This document shows, piece by piece, positions 37,285-48,005 of a DNA stretch of 64,000 bases. Origin of the DNA: Squalus acanthias (lineage: Eukaryota); assembly GCA_030390025.1 (NCBI GenBank), contig CM059432.1:62188001-62252000 (forward strand), given 5' to 3'. The position numbers and the translations under genes are program-made. How positions within the stretch are numbered: the first letter of the stretch is position 1; every line of letters begins with the position of its first letter. The notes under the pieces were generated by a model. It made no database searches. It was not told where the DNA came from and saw only the letters and a list, made by a program, of their open reading frames with translations.

Positions 37285-37936
37285 TGTCTACTGCCACAGT
37301 ACTGAAACGGCCCTTATCAAAGTCACAAATTACATCCTATGTGACTGTGCCGATGGTAAACTATCCCTCCTCATTCCTTCTCGTCCTGTCTGTAGCCTTT
37401 GACACGGTTGACCACACCATCCTCCTCCAACGCCTCTCTTCCATCGTCCAGCTGGGTGGGACTGCCCTCGCCTAGTTCCATTATTATCTATCCAGTCATA
37501 GCCAAAGAATCACCTGCAATGACTTCTCTTCCCGCTCCCGCACCATTACCTCTCGAGTTCCCCAAGAATCGATCCTTGGCCTCCTATTTCTCATCAGCAT
37601 GTTGCTCCTTGGTGACATCATCCACAAACACGTCAGATTCCACATGTACGCTGACGACACCCAGCTCTATCTCACCACCACCTCTCTCGACCCCTCCACT
37701 GTCTCTAAATTGTCAGACTGCTTGTCCATCATCCAGTACTGGATGAGCAGAAATTTCCCCCAACTAAATATTGGGAAGACCGAAGCCATTGTCTTCAGTT
37801 CCCACCAGAAACTCCATCCCTCTCCCTGGCAACTGTCCGAGGCTGAACCAGACCGTTCGCAACCTTGGTGTCGTATTTGACCCTGAGATGAGCTTCCGAC
37901 CACATATCCACTCCGTCACCAAGATCGCCTACTTCC
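37285..37936 (+). mobile_element. L2 LINE RT fragment
   Basis: HSTETALIKV, AFDTVDHTILLQRL, HMYADDTQLY, QLNIGKTEAIVF, VRNLGVVFDPEMSFRPHI...KIAYF. Confidence 0.88.
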
Positions 37937-37939
37937 TAC

Positions 37940-38462
37940 TGATACACATATCAGGATGTAGTTGAATGTACCATTGCTCTCACCTTTCCTGCCCTGGTTA
38001 AGTCATTGAACCGCTTCCTACAATGTATCCATGAGCGTGGCAGTACGCTCCTGCTGCTGGCCTCTTGGTGTCCCCAGCCGGCTTCTTCTCCCGTTGCTAA
38101 GGAACAGTATATGCCTCTGGGTCCTCCCAGCCCCTAGCAGCACATCCAGGGAGGCGTCACTGAACCGAGGCGCAGCCTTTGGCCTTCTGGACTCCATTCC
38201 AGCACTTCCTTCTCTCCGGCTCCCATCTTCAAATCCTTCAAATTACATGTTTGGAGTGTCCCTTTAAATACAGGAGTTGCAATCACATCATGCGAGTCGT
38301 CATCACGCCTGATGGCGCTAATTGGTTGGGAAACCCGGAAATCATCCGGTAATAGTGGCTGGGTTAAAAAGCCACTGACAGATGCACTGCACTGACTTTA
38401 GTGTTTCCTGTGCGCTATTGAACTCCCCGCTCCCAGTGCGTTGCTAACTTAAAATCCAGCCC
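37940..38462 (-). mobile_element. Harbinger 3 terminal fragment with Myb/SANT exon 1 (38197-37984)
   Basis: Minus strand MESRRPKAAPRFSDASLDVLL...ILF...SSRSVLPRSWIHCRKRFNDLTRAGK|gtgag (frameshifted). TIR-like end aaaatccagccc at 38451-38462. Confidence 0.78.
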
Positions 38463-38597
38463 ATAGAATTTTTAAATCTTTCAAAGTTGACTTAAAATTT
38501 TATCTGATAATTCTAATCGAATATTGGACTCTGAAATGGCACAAGTTTGAATCCTATGCTGGACTGACAAAATTTAATGCAACTGCTATTGGAAATA

Positions 38598-38856
38598 CGA
38601 TAGCAAAATACTGCGGATACTGGAAATCCGAAATAACAACAGAAAACGCTGGAAAAACTCAGCAGGCCAGGCAGCATCCGTGGAGAGAGAAACAGAGTTA
38701 ACGTTTCAGGTCGAAGACCTTTCGTCAGAACTGGAAAAAATTTCCTGCTTTTTTCCAGATCTGACGAAAGGTCTTCGACCTGAAACGTTAACTCTGTTTC
38801 TCTCTCCATGGATGCTGCCTGGCCTGCTGAGTTTTTCCAGCGTTTTCTGTTGTTAT
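38598..38856. mobile_element. Palindromic Penelope-like insertion (family A)
   Basis: 14-bp TSD TGCTATTGGAAATA (38584-38597 and 38857-38870). 109-bp inverted arms at 38632-38740 and 38749-38857. Same family as 26013-26367. Confidence 0.88.
38696..38732 (-). ncRNA. Minimal hammerhead ribozyme motif (mirror copy on + strand at 38757-38793)
   Basis: AGUU-CUGACGA-A-AGGUC-UUC-GACCU-GAAA-CGUU-AACU. Stem I AGUU/AACU, a stem II hairpin, and a palindromic AACGUU stem III. Confidence 0.72.
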
Positions 38857-39021
38857 TGCTATTGGAAATAGTTTTACTGTTCCTTGGTAGACAACTGCAA
38901 CACTCCCTTGGAAGAAGGAAATTAGCTGGCTGGTCCTGCCTTGCAGAAGTACACCACCTACTATGGTGGATTTAGAATCACGATTAATGGTAGATGGAGA
39001 CTTGTCTACCCCTGAGACTAA

Positions 39022-39475
39022 GGCCAGAATTTTCCCATCAGAAAACGGCTGGGTTTGGAGCATGGAGGCAGTTAAATTGTTAAAAATGTGACTCCCGCCC
39101 ACTGCCAGTTTTGCTGGCAGAGGGGCGGGCGACCAACCCACTGCCGGGGGGAGTTACCTCAATTTAAATATTGTAATGAGGCTGGAAGCCTCTATTTTCC
39201 CCTCCATTTTGAATTTAACTGCCTGTGGAAGGGTTTCACACAATTCGTGAAACCCGGCAGTTAAACCGAGGCGGGGACTGCAGCATCCAGGAGGTAAGTG
39301 GCTTTATACCTGGATCCAGGGTCCTTAACATACCCACCCCCCACGATCGGGGACCCTCTCACGAGATCTCCGCTCGCCTTCCCTCAGCCCGCACCCCCCA
39401 ATGATGATGATGAGGCCAGCCATGATCCTTCGGTGACCGACCCCAATCCTCCGATTTCACCCCCCATCCCTAATG
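39022..39475 (+). mobile_element. Non-autonomous Harbinger-like terminal fragment
   Basis: Begins GGCCAGAATTTT, matching the Harbinger 1 TIR, followed by GC-rich subterminal-like sequence. No partner TIR seen. Confidence 0.45.
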
Positions 39476-42008
39476 AAGAAGTACAACATTCAGTACGATA
39501 CTGTACCTTACAGAAGAGGAAGGTCCCAGGTTTGATCTCCGGTTTGCACTTAGTTAGATGTTCTTAGCTGGCAACGTTTGGACTTTGTGTGCCTAGTTAA
39601 AGGAAAAATCAACCAGAATTCTACTACCAATTGCTATCCAGTAAATATTACTGAAAAGTACACGTGTGGATGTTGGTTTGGCTGTGATGTACCCTACACT
39701 TGCATCTGCCTACTGATACTCTTTGTACAGGGATGCATATGACGAATGGTCACTTGGTTGAGACAATTGTGGAACTGTATCCCAACATGAATCAGCATGT
39801 TCAGAGGAGAGATGGGAAGAAAACTGAAAAAAATTAAAGGGTATTCTGATGAGAGGCAGCAAAAATGATTGTATAAAGGTAATGGAGGGAAAGTATAAAG
39901 ACAGTTTTGAAGTTAACACAGCTTGTTTATGGCAAATTACATAGATGGACTTGAAATGCTTATATGTATACCGAAGAAAAATGTTTTCCATATTGTTGTA
40001 AAGAGGTTTTGTAATGGGTTTGTTTGAGTCCATTTCAAGCTGCTGCCTTGTTTGATATGTTTCACTAACTTTTCTTTGCCAGTGACCCATAGACTATTTT
40101 TTACTCACTAATACAATTAAACATAAACTTGTAACAGATATAATGCACACACATTCACAATTAGTAAAAGTTTAGCTAAGATTAAGAAAAGCTGCTTGGA
40201 TGGTTCAAAAAAGATTGCTACACATTTTCTAATGACTACAAAGTATAAGTTAGTTTAAAGTTAAAAGTATTTTTTCCCCAAAGAATAGAAACCATTTTAC
40301 TTAGGAAAAATGGGGATTGAACCCAGTTGTGTTGCATGTTATGATGAAAATGGACCTTGTGTGATTTTTGTGTATAGCATGCATTATTTTTACATTGGAA
40401 AAATGGTGCAAAGCCCATGTCATAAGTGTGCGAGTGTTGTGTGTAGGTGTGCATATGTTAAGTACTGCAGTTAAAAGAAATATTTTGCGCATTGTAACAC
40501 TGTTGGCCAATTCATTATTTTTCCCCTTTTTATTTTTTACTCAATTTTTCATTTGATTTTTTTTCACTCCATTTGGGAAGCAGTCTGTTTCCAGGATGCT
40601 GCATTTTTCCTTCACAACCAGCTGATGGTCCATCTGGCATGGCATTTTGAACCTGTGGTACTGAGTTCTAATGCACTGACACATTCCGTCCTTTAGAATG
40701 TCACATTTAACACATTTTAATCTGAAATTGTCAACATTTGACCTGAACATTGTAAATTTATTTTATGCCTAATCAGTTTATTGGTGGGTACAGTTTTTAT
40801 AGTGCGACAATTTAAAGTTTTAAACTTTTCGTTTGCATTGCTTGCTATATCAAAACAATCAAAGCTGTGTTTAAAAACATATATAACCTGGATATGCTGT
40901 TCCAGAAACTGATTAAAATTAGCAATAAACAGATTTGTTGCTCGCTTTAAGCAAAGCAGGACCGAGTTGTTTTTCACGAAGAGAACACAATGTACTGGCT
41001 GTACCCAGCTTCAAGAACTGTTTATCATAATGTTCTTCCACTCTGATTGGTAGAGTGAATGGAATTGTACTCCGCCTACTCCAGCTATCCCATTGAGGCC
41101 TCTTGGAGATTTGTGGTTACTTTTGTGATTCTAGCTGCCTGTCACAGGCTGACATTTTTGACCCTGCAGGGAATAGCAGGCAGTTCCTGGAAACTAGTGT
41201 GTGTTGGGAACTGTCACTGTAACTCTGTAAACAGAACTACACACTCGTTTAAAGGGACATGAATGAAAACTTTTCAGAAAAACAAGAGTGAAAAACATTG
41301 AAAACTATATGCAGGAATGTTACTCAGTGTGCTTTGTTGTTTCAAGAAGACTAAGGAATTCAATTGCACATACACTTGCTGTTTTTCCCAGAAGGTTAAG
41401 TTATTTATACATCCAGGATATGGATAAATTACTTAATTATTTGTATATATTGGAGAGAAATTTATAGAATTTCTTCCAGTAGTGTGTTTTTGCCAAGAGT
41501 GGGCCTAAAATTCCAATTCTTTTTGGCGCACAAGTGGTGTATTTCTAGTTTAGGGGACTGCAATTTGGGGTGTAAGTGGTGCACATATTGCTAATAACAG
41601 CATAATAAGGGCCAAAGCTGCTGTCCTTGGAATTCCAACATTTATATCAGAATGGCACCTCTCTTAAGCTTGGAGAAAAAAAGGTTAGTTACCTACACAC
41701 CTTGTCAAAGTTGAGTTCACAAACATTGTGTGAAACATCAGCTTTGACTGAAGCAGTTAGAATTTTTTTTTCTCATCTGTGTAACTAAGAAAGGATCCTG
41801 CAAGCTTTTAGTAGTTTCAGGCAGGGAAATATTTTGCCTGCGGTGAGTGTAATGAATGAAAAAGTGCCGCACGAATAAAGAGGCAAGAAAGAAAGAGCCA
41901 AGGGACACTAGGTAACTTACCTTGGCTGCTCTGGCGATGCCATTAAACTTCCTGCAATGCAAAGGTGTCCTGGGGTTCAAAGGGTTAGTATTCGCTGTCA
42001 CAGGCACC

Positions 42009-43372
42009 TTTTTTTTTTATTCATTCCTGGGATGTGAGCGTCGCTGGCAAAGCCAGCATTTATTGCCCATCCCTAATTGCCCTAGAGAAGGTGGTGGTGG
42101 GTCACCTTCTTGAACCGCTGCAGTCCATGTGGTGATGGTACTCCCACAATGCTGTTAGGGAGTTCCAGGATTTTGACGCAGCAACGATGAAGGAACGGTG
42201 ACATATTTCCAAGTCAGGATGGTGTGTGACTTGGAGGGGAACTTGCAGGTGATGGTGTTCCTATGCGCCTGCTGCCCTTGTCCTTCTAGGTGGTAGAGGT
42301 CGCGTGTTTGGGAGGTGCTGCCGAAGAAGCCTTGGCGAGTTGCTGCAGTGCATCTTGTAGCTGGTACACACTGTAGCCACAGGGTGCAGGGAGTGAATGT
42401 TTAATGTGGTGGTTGGGGTGCCAATCAAGAGGGCTGCTTTGTTCTGGATGGTGTCGAGCTTCTTGAGTGTTGTTGGAGCTGCACTCATCCAGGCAAGTGG
42501 AGAGTATTCCATCACACTCCTGATTTGTGCCTTGTAGATGGTGGATGGGCTTTGAGGAGTCAGGAGGTGAGACACTCGCCGCAGAATACCCAGCCTCTGA
42601 CCTGCTCTTGTAGCCACAGTATCTATGTGGCTGGTCCAGTTAAGTTTCTGGTCAATGGTGACCCCCAGGATGTTGATGGTGGGGGACTTGGCGATGGTAA
42701 TGCAGTTGAATATCAGGGGGCGGTGATTAGACTCTCGCTTCTTGGAGATAGTCATTAACTGGCACTTGTGTGGTGCGAATGTTACTTGCCAATTATCAGC
42801 TCAAGCCTGAATGTCATCCAGGCCTTGCTGCATGCGGGCATGGACTGCTTCATTATCTGAGGAGTTGCGAATGGAACTGAACACTGTGTAATCATCAGCG
42901 AACATCCCCATTACTGACCTTATGATGGGGGCAAGGTCATTGATGAAGCAGCTGAAGATGGTTGGGCCTAGGACACTGCCTTGAGGAAACCCTGCAGTGA
43001 TATCCTGGGGCTGAGATGATTGACCTCCAACAACCACAACCATCTTCCTTTGTGCTAGGTATGACTCTAGCCAGTGGAGAGTTTTCCCCCTGATTCCCAT
43101 TGACTTCAATTTTACTAGAGCTCCTTGATGCCACACTCAGTTAAATGCTGCCTTGATGTCAAGGGCAGTCACTCTCACCTCACCTCTGGAATTCAGCTCT
43201 TGTCCATGTTTGAACCAAGGCTGTAATGATGTCTGGAGCCGACTGGTCCTGGCGGAACCCAAACTGAGCATCGGTGAGCAGGTTATTGGTGAGTAAGTGA
43301 CACTTGATGGCACTGTTGGCGACACCTTCCATCACTTTGCTGATGATTGAGAGTAGACTGATGGGGCAGTAA
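42009..43372 (-). mobile_element. CR1-group LINE of a second lineage (YKAQVRSVMEYS type), 3' part
   Basis: [62 protein letters not shown]...YKAQIRSVMEYSPLAW. Confidence 0.87.
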
Positions 43373-43377
43373 TTGTC

Positions 43378-43540
43378 TCTACTCTACTTTCTATTTTCCC
43401 ACCCTATCCCCATATCCCTTGATTCACGTAATGTCCAAAAGTGTATTGATCTCAATCTTGAAAATACTCAGCGACTGAGCATCCTCAGCCCTCTGGAGTC
43501 GAGAATTCCAAAGATTCATGCCCCTCAAAGTGAAGAAATT
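43378..43540 (-). mobile_element. Short CR1 3' fragment
   Basis: NFFTLRGMNLWNS...SLSIFKIEINTLLD. Confidence 0.65.
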
Positions 43541-44961
43541 GAAAAATGGGCGAACTAAAGCTCTGAATGAGCCACCCTTTGGAGTGCAATGTGAATTTGG
43601 ATCAAAGAATGAGCCAACAGAAAGAACCAAAAAGCCACACCTGGGACTTTCCTCCACCATGCTGTCAGATCCTTGCCCTTTCCCCTCCCATTGCTGACAG
43701 ACCTAAGAAATCAGTAGTGAGCCAATACCCACATTCCACCCTGCCCCAGTTCAGCCCAATCTCAGGTTCCCTATCCATAGTGCTGATAAACCCCATTGCC
43801 AACAGTGCTGCCAAATCTAACGACTATCTTCCCAGTGCTGCCAAAGATCAGGACTGCTGTCAGTGCTGCTAAACCCCATGACCTCTTCCTCCCCCCCCCC
43901 CCCTTCCCCTGTACTGCTAACCATAAGATACCTACCTACAACCTGGTACATTTTGAAAAGCATTCTTGCCTTTTGTGTCATCACCTTTGAATAGCTAAGG
44001 GGGAAAAAAAGGGTAAAAGAGTGCATGTGACATAAAGGCCATTCATTAATCAATGAATACAAGAGTAACAAAGGCCACTGATCTACAGAAATGAACAATC
44101 CAAGAATTGAAACCCTGAAACATGGATAAAAATCCCAGAATACCATGTAATAAAAAACAGAATTTGACTTATTCAGTCACTGTAAATCATTGGCCCTGGT
44201 CATATAGCATTACACCTTATCGTTATAAAAGAACAGATCCTCCAACTCACCAAATATAGGAGACCTATGTATAATCTGTATATTAAAGCGGTGAGTGGTC
44301 TCAAGATTCGAATGGCATTACACATGTAACTGCCACTTTCAGAATAACTATACTTGACCAATTAAAAGTTTAATTCTCCCCTCCCCTGAGCAAGACGTCT
44401 GCCATCAACTCTTCCCAGCCCACCTCCACCTCAACCCCCAACGGAGTAAGTTAGTGGCTTTAACCACCATCTTCAGATGCAAGTTTTAAATTAATGAATC
44501 GAAAATTGGGTCGTTCCTTCGTGGTTGTGCACTCCAACCCGGCCCATTTTCCCAATATACACTGTGCCCAGGTGATGCAGCGCACCACGCCACAGACCCA
44601 GAAAAATCTCCTATATCGTACAACTCCACTGTTTTGAAATCAAGTCTCACTACGCAGTCTCCTTCTCAGACTCATCTGTTCCCAGGATATTAAAGCTGTG
44701 AACTCCTCATTTCAATTCAGGCCTTCTCCCAACCAGCTTTATTCAAAAAGCAGCTTCTATAAACAGGACTTGCCTCGTGAATTGAATCTTCACGTTTTTG
44801 ATAGTGCTGCACCAACAACAGTGCAGCACTCCCTCACTACTGCACTGAAGTATCAGCCTGGATTATGTACTCAAGCCTCTGGAGTGGACCTTCTGACTGA
44901 GGTAAAAGTGCTAACCCTGAGAAAAGGCTACACCTAGTTAACTAGAAATGTAAACACATAG

Positions 44962-45151
44962 GGGGGAAAATTCAGTTACTTTAAGAAGGGGAGGAAGGCC
45001 TGCAGTACCGGGGCACGTGGCACCGTGATATTCCCTCTTGGGGTACTACCGATGAATTTCGGCCACGGGGGCACTAATTTTTTCAGGGTGCTAAAAGTAG
45101 CGCCCCGGCAAAGTTAGTGCCCCAAAGGGGGCGCGACTCAACTTTTCCCCC
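44962..45151. mobile_element. Harbinger-like MITE (about 190 bp)
   Basis: Left end GGGGGAAAATTCAGT; right end reverse-complemented GGGGGAAAAGTTGAGT. Flanks TAG/TAA form an imperfect 3-bp TSD. The TIR resembles the right end of Harbinger 2. Confidence 0.65.
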
Positions 45152-45404
45152 TAATATTAGTGATAATGTTGGGAGGTTCTGTTGAAGTTTACCTCGTGAC
45201 CATCAACGCTGGGACTTGTAGCTTGGAATAACAAAAGACTCTACAACATTATATAGAATTACATGGAATATGCAGCATTTGTTAAAGTTACTTCACTTAT
45301 CTGTGGTTTTTATATAATTTCAAATATAAACTCCAAGCAACTTCATTCATAAGCATAATAAATATTAGTTGGATATGTAGGCTAGTCAGACCCCACCTGA
45401 GGCA

Positions 45405-46777
45405 ATTTTGTTTCATTCGTTCCTCAGATGTGGGCATCGCTGGCAAGGCCAACATTTATTGCCCATCCCTAATTGTCCTTGAGAAGGTGGTGGTGAGCCG
45501 CCGCCTTGAACCGCTGCAGTCCTTGTGGTGAAGGTACTCCTACAGTGCTGTTGGGAAGGGAGTTCCAGGTTTTTGACCCAGCGGCACTGAAGGAACAGCG
45601 ATATATTTCCAAGTCAGGGTGGTGTGTAACTTGGAGGGGAACTTGCAGGTGGTGGTGTTCCCATGCGCCTGCTGCCCTTGTCCTTCTAGGTGGTAGAGGT
45701 TGCGGGTTTGGGAGTTGCTGATGGAAAAAGCCTTGGCGAGTTGCTGTAGTGCATCTTGTACATGGTACACACAGCAGACACGGTGCGCCGGTGGTGGAGG
45801 GGGTGAATATTTAAGGTGGTGGATGGGGTGCCAGTGAAGTGGGCTGCTTTGTCCTGGATGGTGTCGAGCTTCTTGAGTGTTGTTGGAGCTGCACTCATCA
45901 GGTGAGTGGAGAGTATTCCATCAGACTTCTGACTTGTGCCTTGTAGATGGTGGAAAGGCTTGGGGGAGTCAGGAGATGAGACACTCGCCACAGAATACCC
46001 AGCCTCTGACCTGCTCTTGTAGCCGCAGTATTTATGTGGCTGGTCCAGTTAAGTTTCCTGTCAATGGTGACTCCCAGGGTGTTGATGGTGGGGAATTCGG
46101 CAATGGTAATGCCATTGAATGTCAACGGGAGGTAGTTAGACTCTCGCTTGCTGGAGCTGAGTGGTCCTGGCGGAAACCAAACTGAGCATCGGTGAGCAGG
46201 TTATTAGTGAGTAAGTGCCGCTTGATAGCACTGTCAACGACACCTTCCATCACTTTGGTGATTATTGAGAGTAGACTGATGGGGTGGTAATTGGCCAGAT
46301 TGCATTTGTCCTGCTTTTTGTGGACAGGACATACCTAGGCAGTTTTTCAGATTGTCTGGTAGATGCCAGTGTTGTAGCTGTACTGGAACAGCTTGGCTAG
46401 AGGTGCAGGTAGTTCTGGAGCACATACCTTCAGCACGACAGCTTGGATGTTGTCGGGGCCCATAGCCTTTGCTGTATCCCGTGCGCTCAGCCGTTTCTTG
46501 ATATCACCTGGAGTGAATTGAATTGGCTGAAGACTGATTTCTGTGATGGTGGGGACCTCGGGAGGAGGCGGAGATGGATCATCCACTCGGCACTTCTGGC
46601 TGAAAATGATTGCAAACGCTTCAGCCTTGTCTTTTGCACTCCCGTGCTGGGCTCTGCCATCATTGATGATAAGGATATTCATGGAGCCTCCTCCTCCCGT
46701 TAGTTGTTTAATTGTCCACTACCATTCACGACTGGATGTGGCAGTACTGCAGAGCTTTGATCTGATCCGTTGGTTGT
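45405..46777 (-). mobile_element. Second copy of the 42009 LINE lineage, with internal deletion near 46153
   Basis: KAMGPDNIQAVVLKVCAPEL, FPTINTLGVTIDRKLNW...YKAQVRSLMEYS, and the same 3' tail. Confidence 0.85.
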
Positions 46778-47118
46778 GTTACATTTTATCCATTTTTGAA
46801 CAATTTTTTTAAATTGTTACATTTTATCTGTCCGGCTTCTAAAACCGTAAGCCTGGTGCCACTTGAGCGCTATTTTCTGATTTGCTTTAATCTCTTACTG
46901 TTTTTCAGCCTTGGTGCTCTTGCACACTGGATCTTGGCTCTTCACCTTTGTTCCACGATTTAAGAAAAATGTCACTAGATACTGATTGGGAATGGAAAGT
47001 CAGGCTAATTTTTTCTTCCCTCACCCAGGATCACTGAGGTCAGTTGTAGCACTTCCAGTATTGCCCCAACTGAAATCAAAGGAATTATGTTTAATATTGC
47101 TCCATGTGCCACCCATAT

Positions 47119-47172
47119 TTCAAATAAAACTGTTGGACTATAACCTGGTGTTGTGCGACCTCTCAATTTTGT
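47119..47172 (+). mobile_element. 54-bp Penelope-like family B micro-insertion
   Basis: ttcaaataaaactgttggactataacctggtgttgtgcgac matches 30159-30195. 10-bp TSD CCACCCATAT (47109-47118 and 47173-47182). Confidence 0.8.
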
Positions 47173-47843
47173 CCACCCATATATGCCACTGGTCTGCTCT
47201 AACATTTAAAAGATTACAACTAAAAAAAAACCTGTTGATAACTTCCAATAGTGTTAAAATTAGAATACTGACAGGATTCTCATTTGTATCCTCTCTTTAG
47301 TGCTGTCAACAGGGAATTATTGCTGGGACTTATGGCAGGGGCAAGTCACATCTAATTTTATTTTTCCCCATGCTGTGGTGTGTGTAACCAAGAGAGGAGA
47401 TTAAACTATTGTGTGCAAAGTGATGTAACCTTGTCATCAACAAGATAGAAGTCCAGCTATGCATCTCTGCAATTGTTCTTGAGAACAAAACAAAATCTGG
47501 AAGACTGTTTACTGCAGTCCGGCTGCAGGTGCTGTGGCATTTGTTTATTTGCAATCTGGTAGTCACAATTCTACTATCCGTACTCCACAACAACACACAA
47601 ATCTAGCCCAGTGTTTATTAGATCATTGCTATTCCCAACACCTAAAAACCTGATCAATTTAATCTTGTGGAATAAACAGAGTAATTATGTAAGGACAATC
47701 ACATGAGGTGAAATTAAATTTTAAAAACAAGTGATTAACAATAATGGGTTGGGACATAGTCAAAATAAAAAAGTTGATCTTAAAGGAGAAGGTACCCCTA
47801 CCAGAAATTAGACTAATGAGTTTAATGATTTGTTTTCCTGTAG

Positions 47844-48005
47844 GTTATGTCTTCTTGTACAGGACATGTATGGTTTATTTAGTGAAGTTCACCAGCATAC
47901 ATTCTGCTCATTAGAAGAGGACTTGCAGGTGCTAAGTGCCTGCTGGGAAGGAAAGACATGCTATCTAACAGGAATGAAGATTCTACAGAGAACAACGAGA
48001 GGGAG
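47844..48005 (+). CDS. SPIDR: SPIDR coding exon C
   Basis: ttcctgtag|G acceptor and GAG|gtaaga donor. Translates (R)LCLLVQDMYGLFSEVH...WEGKTCYLTGMKILQRTTRG(R), versus human ACLLVQDACGMFGEVH...LEGKSCSLVGMKVLQKVTRGR. Length 162 nt, phase 2 to 2. Not in the ORF track. Confidence 0.93.

Noticed and set aside
6035..37936. Apparent inversion: the L2 piece ending KIAYF at 37936 (+) complements the L2 piece starting TAYF at 6035 (-)
   Set aside because: Inverting this interval would flip SPIDR exons A and B relative to C-E, yet all five are collinear and in phase. It is most likely a coincidence between separate L2 copies.
38513..38871. Paired ORFs MERETELTFQVEDLSS on both strands
   Set aside because: They are a mirror artefact of the palindrome. 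Neither has an ATG start or any coding signature.
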